In this document: piece by piece, positions 12,700 through 25,194 of the stretch
Layout: each line of letters opens with the position of its first letter
How positions within the stretch are numbered: the first letter of the stretch is position 1
DNA from: Felis catus
Taxonomy: Eukaryota
NCBI RefSeq assembly: GCF_018350175.1
Contig: NC_058373.1
Coordinates: 118,422,001-118,486,000, forward strand
DNA: 64,000 nucleotides
Direction: 5' to 3'
Program-made: the position numbers and the translations under genes
The notes under the pieces: generated by a model
Database searches by the model: none
Told to the model about the DNA's origin: nothing
Seen by the model: only the letters and a program-made list of their open reading frames with translations

Positions 12700-14345
12700 T
12701 GATCAATTCTCCTGGCAACAAAATCTATAAAAACAGGATTTAAAAACAAAAAAAATATACACAGAAAGCAGACTAGATATGAGAAGCCAAAATACCAAAG
12801 GAAAAGAAAAGGCAGAGCTAAGTCTGACATTCACTACTTTTTCTTCCTGAGGCAACTAGCTGCATACTAGACCTTTTGGCCGTCTCACAGGACTGCAGAG
12901 ACAGAAATTAGAGCTCAGGGCTTATCAAGACAGGTAGGATTTGAGGGGCTGAGATTCCACATAAAAGGCAACCACAGAAAAATGAATCTGGAAATTCTGT
13001 ACCGCATTTGCCCTTAGGGTATTTACTGAATCCTAACCTGTGCATGGAGCAAGAGAGCTGGGGGGGGTGGGGGGGCGCTATTTTAAAGCCAAAAAGGTAA
13101 GTAGAACTTCTGGTAGGTTCACAGTGCTGGGAAAAGAAAAATTACAGTTCAGGGCCTGCCAAGAAGGACAGCCTCTGGCAAATACCCCAGGATTCCATTT
13201 GATACCTCTGAAGGACAACACTCTTCAGAGTAAGGGGAAACTGGATTTAAACCAGCTCTTAAGAAGTCTAAAACAAAGCCTCAAGTCATCTCAAGCCTGT
13301 ATTGGATCAAGGTCATTTGCTCCTACTTTTAAATACCACTACAAGAAAATTAAATCCTTTCTAGAGAACAGTATCATCATTAAAACCCTCTATAATTTTT
13401 TATACACAATATCTGACATTCATTTTAAAAATTACCAGAAATGCTAGGAGACAAGACCAAATGACTGAAAGACAAGAGAAAAAGCAGGCAATAAAAAAAG
13501 ACCAAATGGTGATCCAAATATCTTAAATCACCAGACACAGATTTTAAAAGAACTGTGATTAATATGTTCAGGAAAATAGATGAGAATTTCACCAGAGACT
13601 TGGAATCTATACAGACAAATAAAAAATCATAAAACTGAAATTCTGAAACTAAAAAATAAATATAAAATTAATTAGAAAAACATGCTTATAACAGATTTGA
13701 CACTAAATAAATTAGAAAACAGATCAATAGAAAATATCCACATGAAGGACAAAAAAAAAAAAAAAAAGGATGGAAAAACAAGAAAAGCACATGAGAGGCA
13801 TATAGGCTACAGAGAAAGAAAGAACATACAGTTCTGCAGAATCCCAGAAGTAGTGAATGCGACTGGGGCAGAAACAGTATCTTAAAAATATTCCAAACCT
13901 GACAAAACACATCAAGCTACAGATTCAAAGGGGTCTATGGAATCCAAGCAACTTACATACAAAGAAACCCACCTGGAAGAATTATTTAAACTGAAGAAGG
14001 GCACCTGGGTGGATCAGTTGGTTAAGCATCCAACTTTTGATTTAGGCTGAGGCCATGATTTCATGGTTTGTGAGATCAAGCCCTGCATTGGGCTCTGTGC
14101 TGACAGCATGGAGCCTGCTTGGGATTCTCTCTCTCCTTATCTCTCTGCTTCTATTTTTCCCTCAAAAATATATAAATAAACTTTTAAAAATGATAAATTA
14201 AAAAAAAAAACTAATGGAACCCAAAGACACTGCTTCCCTAACAACAACAAAAAGTGGAATCAGAAGACAAAAGGATATATTTAAAATACTGAAAGAAAAT
14301 AACTGCCAAGCTGGAATTCTATGCCCAATAAAAATACCCTTCAAA
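12700..14345 (+). mobile_element. Ancient L1M 5' region/ORF1 (resumes about 17836-18140); Can-SINE at 13999-14210
   Basis: ORF1-like translation (DIFKILKENNCQAGILCPIKIPFK) and typical L1M ORF1 motifs. Confidence 0.7.
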
Positions 14346-16313
14346 AAGCCTCCAAATTTATCCTATGAAGCCAGCATTACTCTGATACCAAAACCAGATA
14401 GACACTACAGAAAAAGAGAACTACAGACCAATATCTCTAATGCACATAGATGCAGTAATCCTCAACAAAATATTAGCAAACCGAATCCAACAATACATTT
14501 AAAAAATCTTTCACCACAATCACACAATCGAGTGGGATTTGTTCCCGGGATGCAAGGGTGGTTTAGTATTCACAACTCAATCAACGTGATACATCACATC
14601 AACAAGAGAAAGGAGAAAAACCGTGATCATTTCAGTAGATGCAGAGAAAGCATTTAACAAAGTACAACATCCATTCATGATAAAGACCCTCAACAAAGCA
14701 GGTTTAGAAGGAACATACCTCAGCATAAAAAAGGCCATGTAAGGAAAAACCCAGAGCTAGCATCATACTCAACAGTGAAAAACTGAGAGCCTTCCCCTTA
14801 AGATCAGGAACAAGACCAGGATATCCACTCTCACCGCTTTTATTCAACATAGCCCTGGAAGTCCTAGCCAGAGCAATGAGACAAGAAGAAGAAATAAAAG
14901 GTATCCAAGATTGGTAAGGAAGAAGTAAAAAATTTCACTATTTGCAGATGACATGATTCTACATATAGAAAGCCCCAACGATTCCACCAAAAAGCTACTA
15001 GAACCGATAAATTAATTCAGTAAGATCATGGGATACAAAATCAGTATACAGAAATCCTTTGCATTTCTAGACACTAATAATGCAGTAGCAGAAAGAGAGA
15101 TTGAGAAAACAATCCCATTTACAACTGCACCAAAAATAATAAAATACCTAGGAATAAACTTAACCAAAGAGGTGAAAGACCTGTACTCTGAAAAACCGAT
15201 GAAAGAAATGAAGACGACACAAAGAAATGGAAAGACATTCCATGCTCATGGACTGGAAGAACAAATATTGTCAAAATGGCCATACTGCCCAAAGCAACCT
15301 ACAGATTTAATGCAATTCCTATCAAAATAACCAACAGCATTTTTCACAGAACTAGAACAAATAATCCTAAAACTTGTATGGAACCACAAAAGACCCCAAA
15401 CTGTCAAAGCAGTCTTGAAAAGGAAGAACAAAACTGGAGGTATCACAAACGGAGATTTCAAGACCTACTGCAAAGCTGTAGTAGTCAAAACAATATGGTA
15501 CTGGCACAAAAAACAGACACATAGATCGATGGAACAAAACAGAGAGCCCAGAAGTAAACTCACAATTATATGGTCAATTAATCTCTGACAAAGGAGGCAA
15601 GAATGTACAATGGCAAAAAGACAGTCTCCTCAACCTATGGCATTGGGAAAACTGGGCAGCTACATGGAAAAGAATGAAACTAGACCACTTTCTCTAAATG
15701 TCTGGACAGACATTTCTCTAAAGAAGATATACCGATGGCTAACACACACATGAAAAGATGTTCAACATCACTAGCCATCAGGGAAATGCAAGTCAAAATC
15801 ACAATGAGATATCACCTCACACCTGTCAGAATGGCTAAAACCAACAACACAAGAAACAAGTGTTGGTGAGGATGTGGAGAAAAAGGAACCCCTGCGCTCT
15901 GCTGCTGCTGGAATGCTGTGGTGCAGCCACCGTGGAAAACAGCATGGAGGTTCCTCAGAAAGTTAAAAATAGAATTACCTTATGATCCAGTAGTTCCATT
16001 ACTAGGTGTTTACCCAGAGAATATAAAAACACTAATCCCAAGGGAGACATGCACCCCAGTGTTTACTGCAGCATTATTTACAATTGCCAAATTATGGAAG
16101 CAGCCCACATTATGAAGTGTCCATTGATAGATGCATGCGTAAAGATGTAGTGTTTTACACCGTGGAATATTACTCAGCCAGAACAAGTGAAATCTTGCCA
16201 TTTGCAATAACATGGATGGATCTAGAGTATAATGCTGGTGGAACAAGTCAGTCAGACAAAAACAAATACCATGTGATCTCACTCATATGTAGAATTTAAG
16301 AAACGAAGGAAAC

Positions 16314-17321
16314 ATAGGAATGCAAACTGGTACAGCCACTCTGGAAAACAGTATGGAGGTTCCTCAAAAAATTAAAAATAGAACTACCCTACAACCCAGC
16401 AATTGCACTACTAGGTATTTATCCAAGGGATACAGGTACACTGTTTCGAAGGGGCACATGCACCCCAATGTTTATAGCAGCACTATCAACAATAGCCAAA
16501 GTATGGGGGCGCCTGGGTGGCGCAGTCGGTTAAGCGTCCGACTTCAGCCAGGTCACGATCTCGCGGTCCGTGAGTTCGAGCTCAGAGCCTGGAGCCTGTT
16601 TCCGATTCTGTGTCTCCCTCTCTCTCTGCCCCTCCCCTGTTCATGCTCTGTCTCTCTCTGTCCGAAAAATAAATAAACGTTGAAAAAAAAAATTAAAAAA
16701 CAAAAACAAAAACAAAAAACAATAGCCAAAGTATGGAAAGAGTCCAAAATGTCCAATGCTGGATGATGGATAAAGAAGATGTGAGATATATATATATATA
16801 CATACACACACACATACATATATATACACACACACATATATATATGTATATATATGTATATATACATATATATATACATATATATATAATGCAGTATTAC
16901 TCCATATATATATATATATATATAATGGAGTATTACTTAGCAATAAAAAAGAATGAAATCTTGCCATTTGCAACTATGTGGATGGAACCAGAGGGTATTT
17001 TGCTAAGCAAAATTAGAGAAAGACAAATACCATATGACTTCACTCATATGAGGACTTTAAGATACAAAACAGATGAACATAAGGGAAGGGATTCAAAAAT
17101 AATATAAAAACAGGGATGGGGACAAAACATAAGAGACTCTTAAATATGGAGAACAAACAGAAGGTTACTGGAGGGGTTGTGAGAGGGGAGATGGGCTAAA
17201 TGGGTAAGGGGCATTAAGGAATCTACTCCTGAAATCACTGTTGCACTATATGCTACAAACTTGGATGTAAATTAAAAAAATAAAAAAACTTAAAAGGTTA
17301 AAAATTTTTAAAAAGGCAATC
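16314..17321 (+). mobile_element. Felid L1 3' fragment nested in the older L1 3'UTR; contains a TA/CA microsatellite (about 16786-16925)
   Basis: Felid-type 3'UTR (gggtaaggggcattaaggaatctactcctgaaatc); TSD aaa(c/t)gaaggaaac at 16301-16313 and 17322-17334. Confidence 0.85.
16506..16717 (+). mobile_element. Young SINEC_Fc with 26-nt internal deletion
   Basis: Diagnostic gcgcagtcgg...cagccaggtcacg; TSD aacaatagccaaagtatg; lacks ccccgcgtcaggctctgggctgatgg seen in sister copies. Confidence 0.95.
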
Positions 17322-18145
17322 AAATGAAGGAAACTTAAAAAAAAATGACCATTTTGCCAGTTAATAATAATGTTATTTTCTGATGTGTGTGGTTTTATGA
17401 GCCTTTTTAAAACCTGTAATGATTTCTCATTCTGAATATTCACTATATTAAGAGAAAATATGTAATAAACACCATGAGTAAACCAAAACAAACAAAAAAA
17501 TGAAGTAAAGAAAAGAGATTAAAGAAAACAGACTCTTAACTAGAGAACAAAAGAATGGTTACCAGAGGGGAGGTGGGTGGGGGGATGGATGAAACAGAAG
17601 GAGATTAAGAGTACACTTACCGTGATAAGCACTGAATGATGTATAGAATTGCTGAATCACTATATTGTACACCTGAAACTAATATAACACTGTATGTGAA
17701 CTATATTAGAATTAATATTTTTTAAAATATGTTTAAGCATAAAAATATTAGGATAAATTCTCTGAGGAAAGGAGAATGAAAATACAAATTTAGGGAAAAA
17801 ATGGGAAGAAATAAAATTTCTCATTATTAAAGAAGAAAAATCCTTCAAATATAAAGACAAAATAAAAAATGCTTTCAGGTAAGAACAGAACATTCATTAC
17901 CAGTACACCCATAGTAAAAGAAAGGAAGTATCTATGAAGAAAGGTAGTAATCTCAGATGGAAGCATGGTAACATAGGAAAAAAGAAAAAGGAAGTATGTA
18001 AAATAATTAGAGATTTAAAACAACAAAATAAAAACAAAGCAAAAACAAGCAACCAAGAGGGAAATGATAAATGTAATGAAAGAGTAACAATGTCCTTGTG
18101 TTGTCCAGAAAATAATAGCAGGAAATTTTCGCAAAAATGGCCATA

Positions 18146-18263
18146 GGGGTGCCTGGGTGGCTCAGTAAGTTGAGTATTTGACTCTTGATTTCAGCTCAGG
18201 CCATGATCTCCCAGTTCGTGGGATCTTCACTGATGGCATGGAGCCTGCTTGAGATTCTCTCTT

Positions 18264-18297
<34 letters not shown>

Positions 18298-18602
18298 CCT
18301 CCCCCACTTGTGCATGCTCACATGCATGCACACTCTCTCAAAATAAATAATTTTTTTTTTAAATGGCAACAATTTCTGGGGCGCCTGGGTGGCGCAGTCG
18401 GTTAAGCATCCGACTTCAGCCAGGTCACGATCTCGCGGTCCGTGAGTTCGAGCCCCGCGTCAGGCTCTGGGCTGATGGCTCGGAGCCTGGAGACTGTTTC
18501 TGATTCTGTGTCTCCCTCTCTCTCTGCCCCTCCCCCGTTCATGCTCTCTCTCTGTCCCAAAAATAAACGTTGAAAAAAAAAATTTTTTTAAATAAATAAA
18601 AT
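18146..18602 (+). mobile_element. Older Can-SINE (18146-18360) followed by a young SINEC_Fc (18378-18602)
   Basis: Young copy has TSD aaatggcaacaatttct. Confidence 0.95.
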
Positions 18603-18764
18603 AAATGGCAACAATTTCTTCATTCCTTATGTACACTCCTTTATACTGTGACTTAGCTACCTTCCTATCAAGAGGTGGAATCTATTTCTTTAACTCTTTA
18701 ATTTGCATTTTATCCATGTGACCTGCTTTGGTCAATGGGGGTTAGAAAACACGATACAACAGAT

Positions 18765-19230
18765 CTTTCCAACAGAAACTTCCAACACAAGTTTCTTCAG
18801 TGATGAAAATGTTCTTTTTTTTAAAAATTTTTTTTTTCAACGTTTTTTATTTATTTTTGGGACAGAGAGAGACAGAGCATGAACGGGGGAGGGGCAGAGA
18901 GAGAGGGAGACACAGAATCGGAAGCAGGCTCCAGGCTCCGAGCCACCAGCCCAGAGCCTGACGCGGGGCTTGAACTCACGGACCGCGAGATCGTGACCTG
19001 GCTGAAGTCGGACGCTTAACCGACTGCGCCACCCAGGCGCCCCTAGTGATGAAAATGTTCTACATCTGTGTTACCCAATATAGTAGCCACTAGCCACATC
19101 CGGCTAGTAAGCACTTAAAATGTGGGTAGTTTGACAGAAGAACTAGAGTTTTTATTTTATTCAGAATAGTTTTAATTTATTAAAATTTACGTAGCCACAT
19201 ATAGCTAGTGGCTTCTGTACTGGACAGCAC
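18765..19230 (+). mobile_element. MER3-like hAT DNA transposon interrupted by a young SINEC_Fc (18816-19043, minus)
   Basis: gtagccactagccacat...gctagtggc...ggacagcac motifs; SINE TSD agtgatgaaaatgttct at 18799-18815 and 19045-19061. Confidence 0.85.
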
Positions 19231-19884
19231 ATCTCTAAAATTTAGATGCTAGAGATACTGAGAGTAGTGAAAATTAGATTGGATAACACTGGAAAAGCTG
19301 AGTCTGACAAAGTTAAGGCCCATAGTCACTTGCTACAAATAAATATTCCAAACATTCTTTTTTTTTTTGTCTCAGTACCCATAAACTCCAAAATGTACTA
19401 CACACTGATAAAACAATAAACTGAAAAAAAAAAATAACTTCACCATATCCTGCAAAAAAACAATTATTCATCAAATGTTGGCAGACAACTTTACCTAGAG
19501 GGCTTTCCTAAATTATTAGCATAAAATCCCTAGGAATTTCCTATTTTTTTTACAGTTTTTTTTTTTAAGTTTAAAGTTTTTAAGTTTTAGAGGCCTTCAA
19601 ATTCTACCAGATGAATAGCTTTTAATTAAATAACTTCAGGTAATTATTCATTTACTACATTACTTACTTCCCTGCAGCAGTTCACTATCTTTTCTTATCC
19701 TCTTCTCTACCCCCACCCCATTCACCCTAAGAGAAGGAAGAAGTTGATCCAATGCTGGTACAATTCCACAGATTTTTTTTCAACTTGTCAGCATTAAGTA
19801 GGTCAGTTTTCTGCTCTACTGGGTGTTTTGGCAATAGGTTTTCTTACTAGAATACCATGGCTACTCTGCCTGGTAAGCACATAC

Positions 19885-19985
19885 CACAAAGGAAAAAAGA
19901 TTCTGAGTAACTCCTAAAGAGTGAACAGGCTGCATGATCTCTAGAAGAAAATCCCTGAGTCCTAACTGAATACCATCAGGAAGTT
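19885..19985 (-). other. Candidate cassette exon (101 nt; alternative donor at 19668)
   Basis: Long T-rich tract ending tttttctgtcag|AACTTCC...CCTTTGTG|gtatgt; a second donor GAA|gtaagt lies at 19662-19670; repeat-free surroundings. Confidence 0.3.
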
Positions 19986-20310
19986 CTGACAGAAAAACAA
20001 AAAACAAAAACAAAAAAACAGGAAAGAAAACTCCAAACTTTTTCCTATATTGTACAATCTAAAGGTTTTAAAGGTCCTTAGTATCTAGCAACCACAAAGA
20101 TTTCATTGATACTCTAATATGTACCCAGCCTAATCCTAACCAGTGAGATTATAAATCAAAGGGAATAAAGGACACCTAATCTATCAGATGCTTTAAGAAT
20201 TCCAATAGAAGAAACCTTACCATTAAAACTAAAATTCTGGAAAACATCTCCGTGGTAAGATATAACTTCCTTGTAAAGAAAATTTTTTTTAATCAGAAAT
20301 GAAACTTTTA

Positions 20311-20513
20311 GGGGCGCCAGGGTGGCTCAGTCAGTTAAGTGTCTGACTTTGGCTCAGGTCACGATCTCACAGTTCATGAGTTAGAGCCTGGGCTCTGTGC
20401 TGACAGCTCAGAGCCTGGAGCCTGCTTTGGATTCTGTGTCTCCCTCTCTCTCTGCTCCTCCCCTGCTCGTGCTCTCTCTCAAAAATAAACATTTAAAAAA
20501 TTATTAAAAAAAA
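20311..20513 (+). mobile_element. Can-SINE
   Basis: Head/tail; TSD agaaatgaaa. Confidence 0.92.
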
Positions 20514-21028
20514 GAAATGAAAATTTTAATGACTGTAGTACAGTAGAAAGCAAATTTGGTAGAAGTTTATTAGAATAAATGATTTATACATATTTTATTA
20601 CTTCTTTTAAAAATCAGTATTGCCTCTCTGTTGTGGGTCTGAGTACTCAGTTTCACATTTTTCATCATTTGTAAATCAAGTATTAAAGAAGAAACTTGAC
20701 AGGTACATATTCACCAGTTTACTTCATACTAGATCCAAAGTTCTTCAGGGGCAAGATTAATATCCCCTATTAAGAATAGGGTTTCAAATGAAAAAAAAAA
20801 AAAAAAGGCTGAAACAAATGTATTTACTGGATTTGTTTCCCAGAAAATTCCAAGAATTTTGACAAATTTAGTAAAGGAAAATGTACATCTTGCAGGCCAG
20901 ATCACTAATTGATGTGACTATAGTGTACACTTTTCACCAGGAATAAATTACATGAAAAAATGCATTGTGGCCCATATTCATATCACCATAACTTATGTTG
21001 ATGTTCACAATCTACAGGGGTGGTATGG

Positions 21029-21037
21029 GTGTGTGTG

Positions 21038-21072
<35 letters not shown>
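21029..21072. repeat. (GT)n microsatellite
   Basis: Directly visible, one interruption. Confidence 0.95.
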
Positions 21073-21777
21073 CCAAAGTCAGCTCCATCCTGGAGACCAA
21101 TTATCATCTAAAGAGAAATCTCTCTACCTAAGGATGAAAAAAAGTTTACTTGGAGACAAAAAGTCACTGCACTAACAGTATTCTTATTTTCTAATATTTC
21201 CATTTGTTTATGTCTTCCTATATTCCAATATCATTTAGGTAGCCATAGTTCTTCCAGCTTTATACTATCATTTCTATAATTTTCTCTTTTATTATCAGTA
21301 ATCTACCCATCTCAGAATATATTCTTCTGTTCATTTAAATTCCATCTGAATCTCTCATCAACTTGTTTGGAACAGAAAATGGAATTCAAAGGCATGTGGT
21401 TTTTTGGGGTTTTTTTTTTGTTTGTTTTTTTTTTTGTTTTTTAAAGGCTATGGTATCATGGGAAAAGCTAACAGATGGTGTGATGTAGCATATGTACTTT
21501 ATTTTCTATAGTTCTTTTGCTCTATATACCATATCTCTAATAGGGCTGTAACACAGATGAGAGAATATTGGACTTGAAGTCAGAACACCTGTGGTAAAAT
21601 CCTCACTGGCACTTTCAAACTATATGACTTTAAATATGTCACATAATGTCTGTGGCCCCCACTTTATACACATCTTTTCTTATTTTATAAGATAGGCAAA
21701 AACAAAGCTAATACTATTCCTATATCTTGGATAGGGAAATACATAAATGACAAAAATAACTTTAAAATCATATAATT

Positions 21778-21983
21778 GGGTCACTTTGTTGGCTCAGTTG
21801 GTTGAGCATCCAACTTCAGCTCAGGTCATGATCTTGCAGTTCATGACTTCGAGCCCCACCTTGGGCTTGCTGCTGTCAGACGGTCAGCACAGAGTGCACT
21901 TCAGATCCTCTGTCCCCCTCTCTCTAGCCCTCCCCCACCTGCATTCTCTCAAAACTAAATATTAAAACAATAATAAAATAAAA
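21778..21983 (+). mobile_element. Can-SINE
   Basis: Diverged head, gctcaggtcatgatct, A tail. Confidence 0.9.
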
Positions 21984-22712
21984 TCATATGATTAAATAGC
22001 CACTGTTTAAGATGTGACCATATGTACATTGTGATTTCTACTGGCATTCTTTCCTCTTAAGTGTACTACCTTAAACTATATTAACAGAGACAAACTGCTT
22101 ATGTGTATTGCCTTACTTTAACAGGCTTACATGCTAAAAGATCACCAGAAATTAACTACGTTTATCTACTTATCAACAAAAATGAAAAACAAGTGTACCA
22201 AACCCCTAAAATATAACTCATGTTATGAAGGCATAACATATGAAGAGTATTTTAAAAACAAAAAAAGGCAAATGACAATGACAGATGACAAAAAGAGGAA
22301 TATAAATGCCTAATACAAATATTTGGTCCATTAATTCTATTTCTAGGAATTATAATAAGGGCATAATACAAGTATACAAAGATGAATGTAAAAAACATTC
22401 ACCATAGCACCATTTATAACAGTAAAAACTATAAGCTTAAATGTAAAAAAAAAAAGAAGTTGGGGGACTGGCTGAATAAATTAAGGCACATCTACCATGG
22501 CATACAATGTAGCTTTTAAAATTATGAAGTGCTAAAACAAGCCCCTCCTTCAAGGACACGAAAACACATTATGATAATGGGATAAAAGGCAAATATTGTT
22601 TGCAAAAGCACTCTAAAGTTAACATTGCTCTCATTTGCTTTTAGAAAAAGTAATTTACTTTAAAATTTCATTAAACATGAAAGTAGAATGAGATTTTTGT
22701 GCTTATCAAGGA

Positions 22713-22920
22713 ATTTTTTAAAATCTTTTCTCATTTTATGTATTTTAGAGAGAGGGAGTGCGTGAGTAAAGGACAGGGGCAGATGGAGACAGAGAATCCT
22801 AAGCAGGCTCCACGCTCAGAGCAGAGCCCGACATAGAGCCCAATCCCACAACCCTGAGATCACGACCTGAGCCAAAATCAAGAGTCAGAAGCTCAACCGA
22901 CTGAGCCACCCAGGCTCCAC
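22713..22920 (-). mobile_element. Can-SINE
   Basis: TSD tatcaa(a)ggaatttt. Confidence 0.9.
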
Positions 22921-23688
22921 TATCAAAGGAATTTTCAAAATGATGTCTACTTAAACATCAAAGCTCATATCCTTTTTTTTTTGAAGTTTTCTCCAATCCT
23001 CCAAGCAAAGTTGGAAGCTCCCTTGACAGTGTACAAAATCACTCTTTCAGTATCTTTGTTATCGGAGTCATTACCCTGCACTCTGCACTGTCTTGTCTTC
23101 CTTATGAGACTAAGTTCCTTGAGGACAAAAATAGGTCTTAAGCAGTTTTGTATCTTGATACTTAAAACAGGTCCCAGCACACAGCAGACGCGCTATAAAA
23201 TGCTTGTTGAATGTCTACATTCAAACTCTACTTTTCTGCTGATGAGATCCACAACTTGAGGCTATGTCAGACAAATCTCTCTCAGCCTCAGGTTTTTTGT
23301 TTGTTTGTTTGTTGTTGTTGTTGTTGTTTTTAAGCAACAATGGGGATACAAAACCAGGACCTATTTTAGAGAATTGTGTGAGGGACTCAAGACCTGTGTA
23401 CAAACATATTTGACCTGACTGGTATATACATGGCATGCAAATAATGTTACTCTGCTTTGGTTTTTTCCTGATGACAGTATATCATTAAAAAATTAGAGAA
23501 ACTCATCTACTTAAAGAGAATTAAAATGCTCAAAATGAACTGTACAGACCGTAATCTTGCAGAAATTTAAATTTTAAAAAATCATTCACCAGCACTTGTT
23601 AGGGAAAGTAATAAAACCATTAATTATTCCAAAGGTGAAGATTCTGCTTCTCGATTTCAGACAGCTGTTGAATATTGATACTATAGTT

Positions 23689-23878
23689 CAATGGTTCTCA
23701 AGTTTTTGCATGCATCAGAAATCACCCAGAAGGCTTGTTAAGGTACAGATTGCTGGCCCCTAACTCCAAGGTTTCAGATTCAGTATAACTGGGCAGAAGC
23801 CCCAGAATTTACATTGCTCATAAGCTCCCAGATGATGCTGATAATGCTGGCCCAGAGACCACACTTTGAGAATCATTT
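23689..23878 (+). mobile_element. MER5A hAT DNA transposon
   Basis: caatggttctcaa...gaccacactttgagaatcatt termini. Confidence 0.85.
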
Positions 23879-25023
23879 ATATAGGTAATTTAGCAATCAA
23901 GTCCATAGTCTTTCCCAGGATTTTTTTCTGATACTAGAGGAAAGTTACCTCTCTTTCTCCAGGATTGAGGTTATAAAACCAATATAAACTGGGCCTGCTT
24001 GCAGCCTTCTTCCTTGACTACATACATAAATAAAGCTACCTGTCTCAGAAGGAAAAGAAGTAAAGAAAAATAGAGCTGAGTAATAAGAAATAAAAGTGGG
24101 AGCCCCTAACAGTCATTTGAGCCCCTAAATCTCTACTAAATCAGATTTGACTCTAATTATCAAATCATATCAATTACTTGGGCCAATAACTCTTCTTCCC
24201 CCTTAAATTGCGTTTCTGTCCCCTGCAACTATTAGAGTCCTACCTAAAACTGTGGGGAGAAGAGATGGAAGAGATGAAGGCACAAGGCTCTAATAACATA
24301 CAGCTGTCCATAATTCTTGGCAGTGAAATAGCAAATTTTCAGGTGAGATTACATTTTGGCTATAACCTGATGGTCCGAAAGAAGCTACCACATTTGAGGG
24401 GTTTCCTGGAAACTCATTCCCTCACTAGAATTTGTGACCAAAACCTTTTTCACAAGTTCACACTTAAGTGTCAATGGATTCCACAAGAAATGAGACAGTT
24501 GTGCCTAAATCAATACATAACTTCACTTAACTTTATTAGCTGTAACTTATAGTGAGGAATATCTCTAAAACTAGCCACATAGAGCCATAATTTATTTGGC
24601 CTATATCAACAATTAAAATGTGTGATTATTCCTCCATTTACTTATTAAGTCTCTACTACACAAAGATATCATGATCAATCTGTCCAGCAAGTAGAAGTTC
24701 ACCAGACAACCAAATTTAGGAGCCACCTATACTGAGATGACAATTGAATCCAGGAAACTGGAGAGTCTGCCTAGGAGATGGTCTGCAAATATCCTCAACC
24801 TGGTTCAAAGATGAGCTCTGGGAAAGGTGGGGTGTGGTGGGGGTCCTATAAACTCCCCCAAACAACAGGTAAAGTTTAATAGGCAAATTTTTCTGATAAG
24901 AGAGATCATTCCTTATATTAGATTCTGAAAGGAGGACAAGTTAAGAACTACCAGTATAAGGAGAGGAAATATCAAAGGAGAGAGCTATGTATGAGGAATG
25001 CTTATATCAAGAAGAGAAATCGT

Positions 25024-25194
25024 GGGGTGTCTGGGTGGCTCAGTCAGTTGAGCATCTGACTCTTGATTTTGGCTCAGGTCATGCATAATCCCAGGATCAT
25101 GGTATCAAGGCCCACATCAGGCTCTGTGCTGATTCTGTCTCTTCCTCTGCCCTTTCCCTCTTTCTCTCTAAAACAAACAACAACAACAACAAAA
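25024..25194 (+). mobile_element. Can-SINE followed by a reverse MIR (about 25215-25400)
   Basis: SINE head; acagataagaaaactgaggc MIR core. Confidence 0.85.

Larger units (their letters stand above)
14346..17725 (+). mobile_element. 5'-truncated carnivore L1 (RT region to 3'UTR) with nested insertions
   Basis: [22 protein letters not shown], ctatttgcagatgacatg (LFADDM), [15 protein letters not shown]; 3'UTR end near 17720. Confidence 0.92.

Noticed and set aside
14214..16299. Reverse-transcriptase-like ORFs
   Set aside because: Frameshifted, deleted L1 ORF2 fragments; no intact ORF
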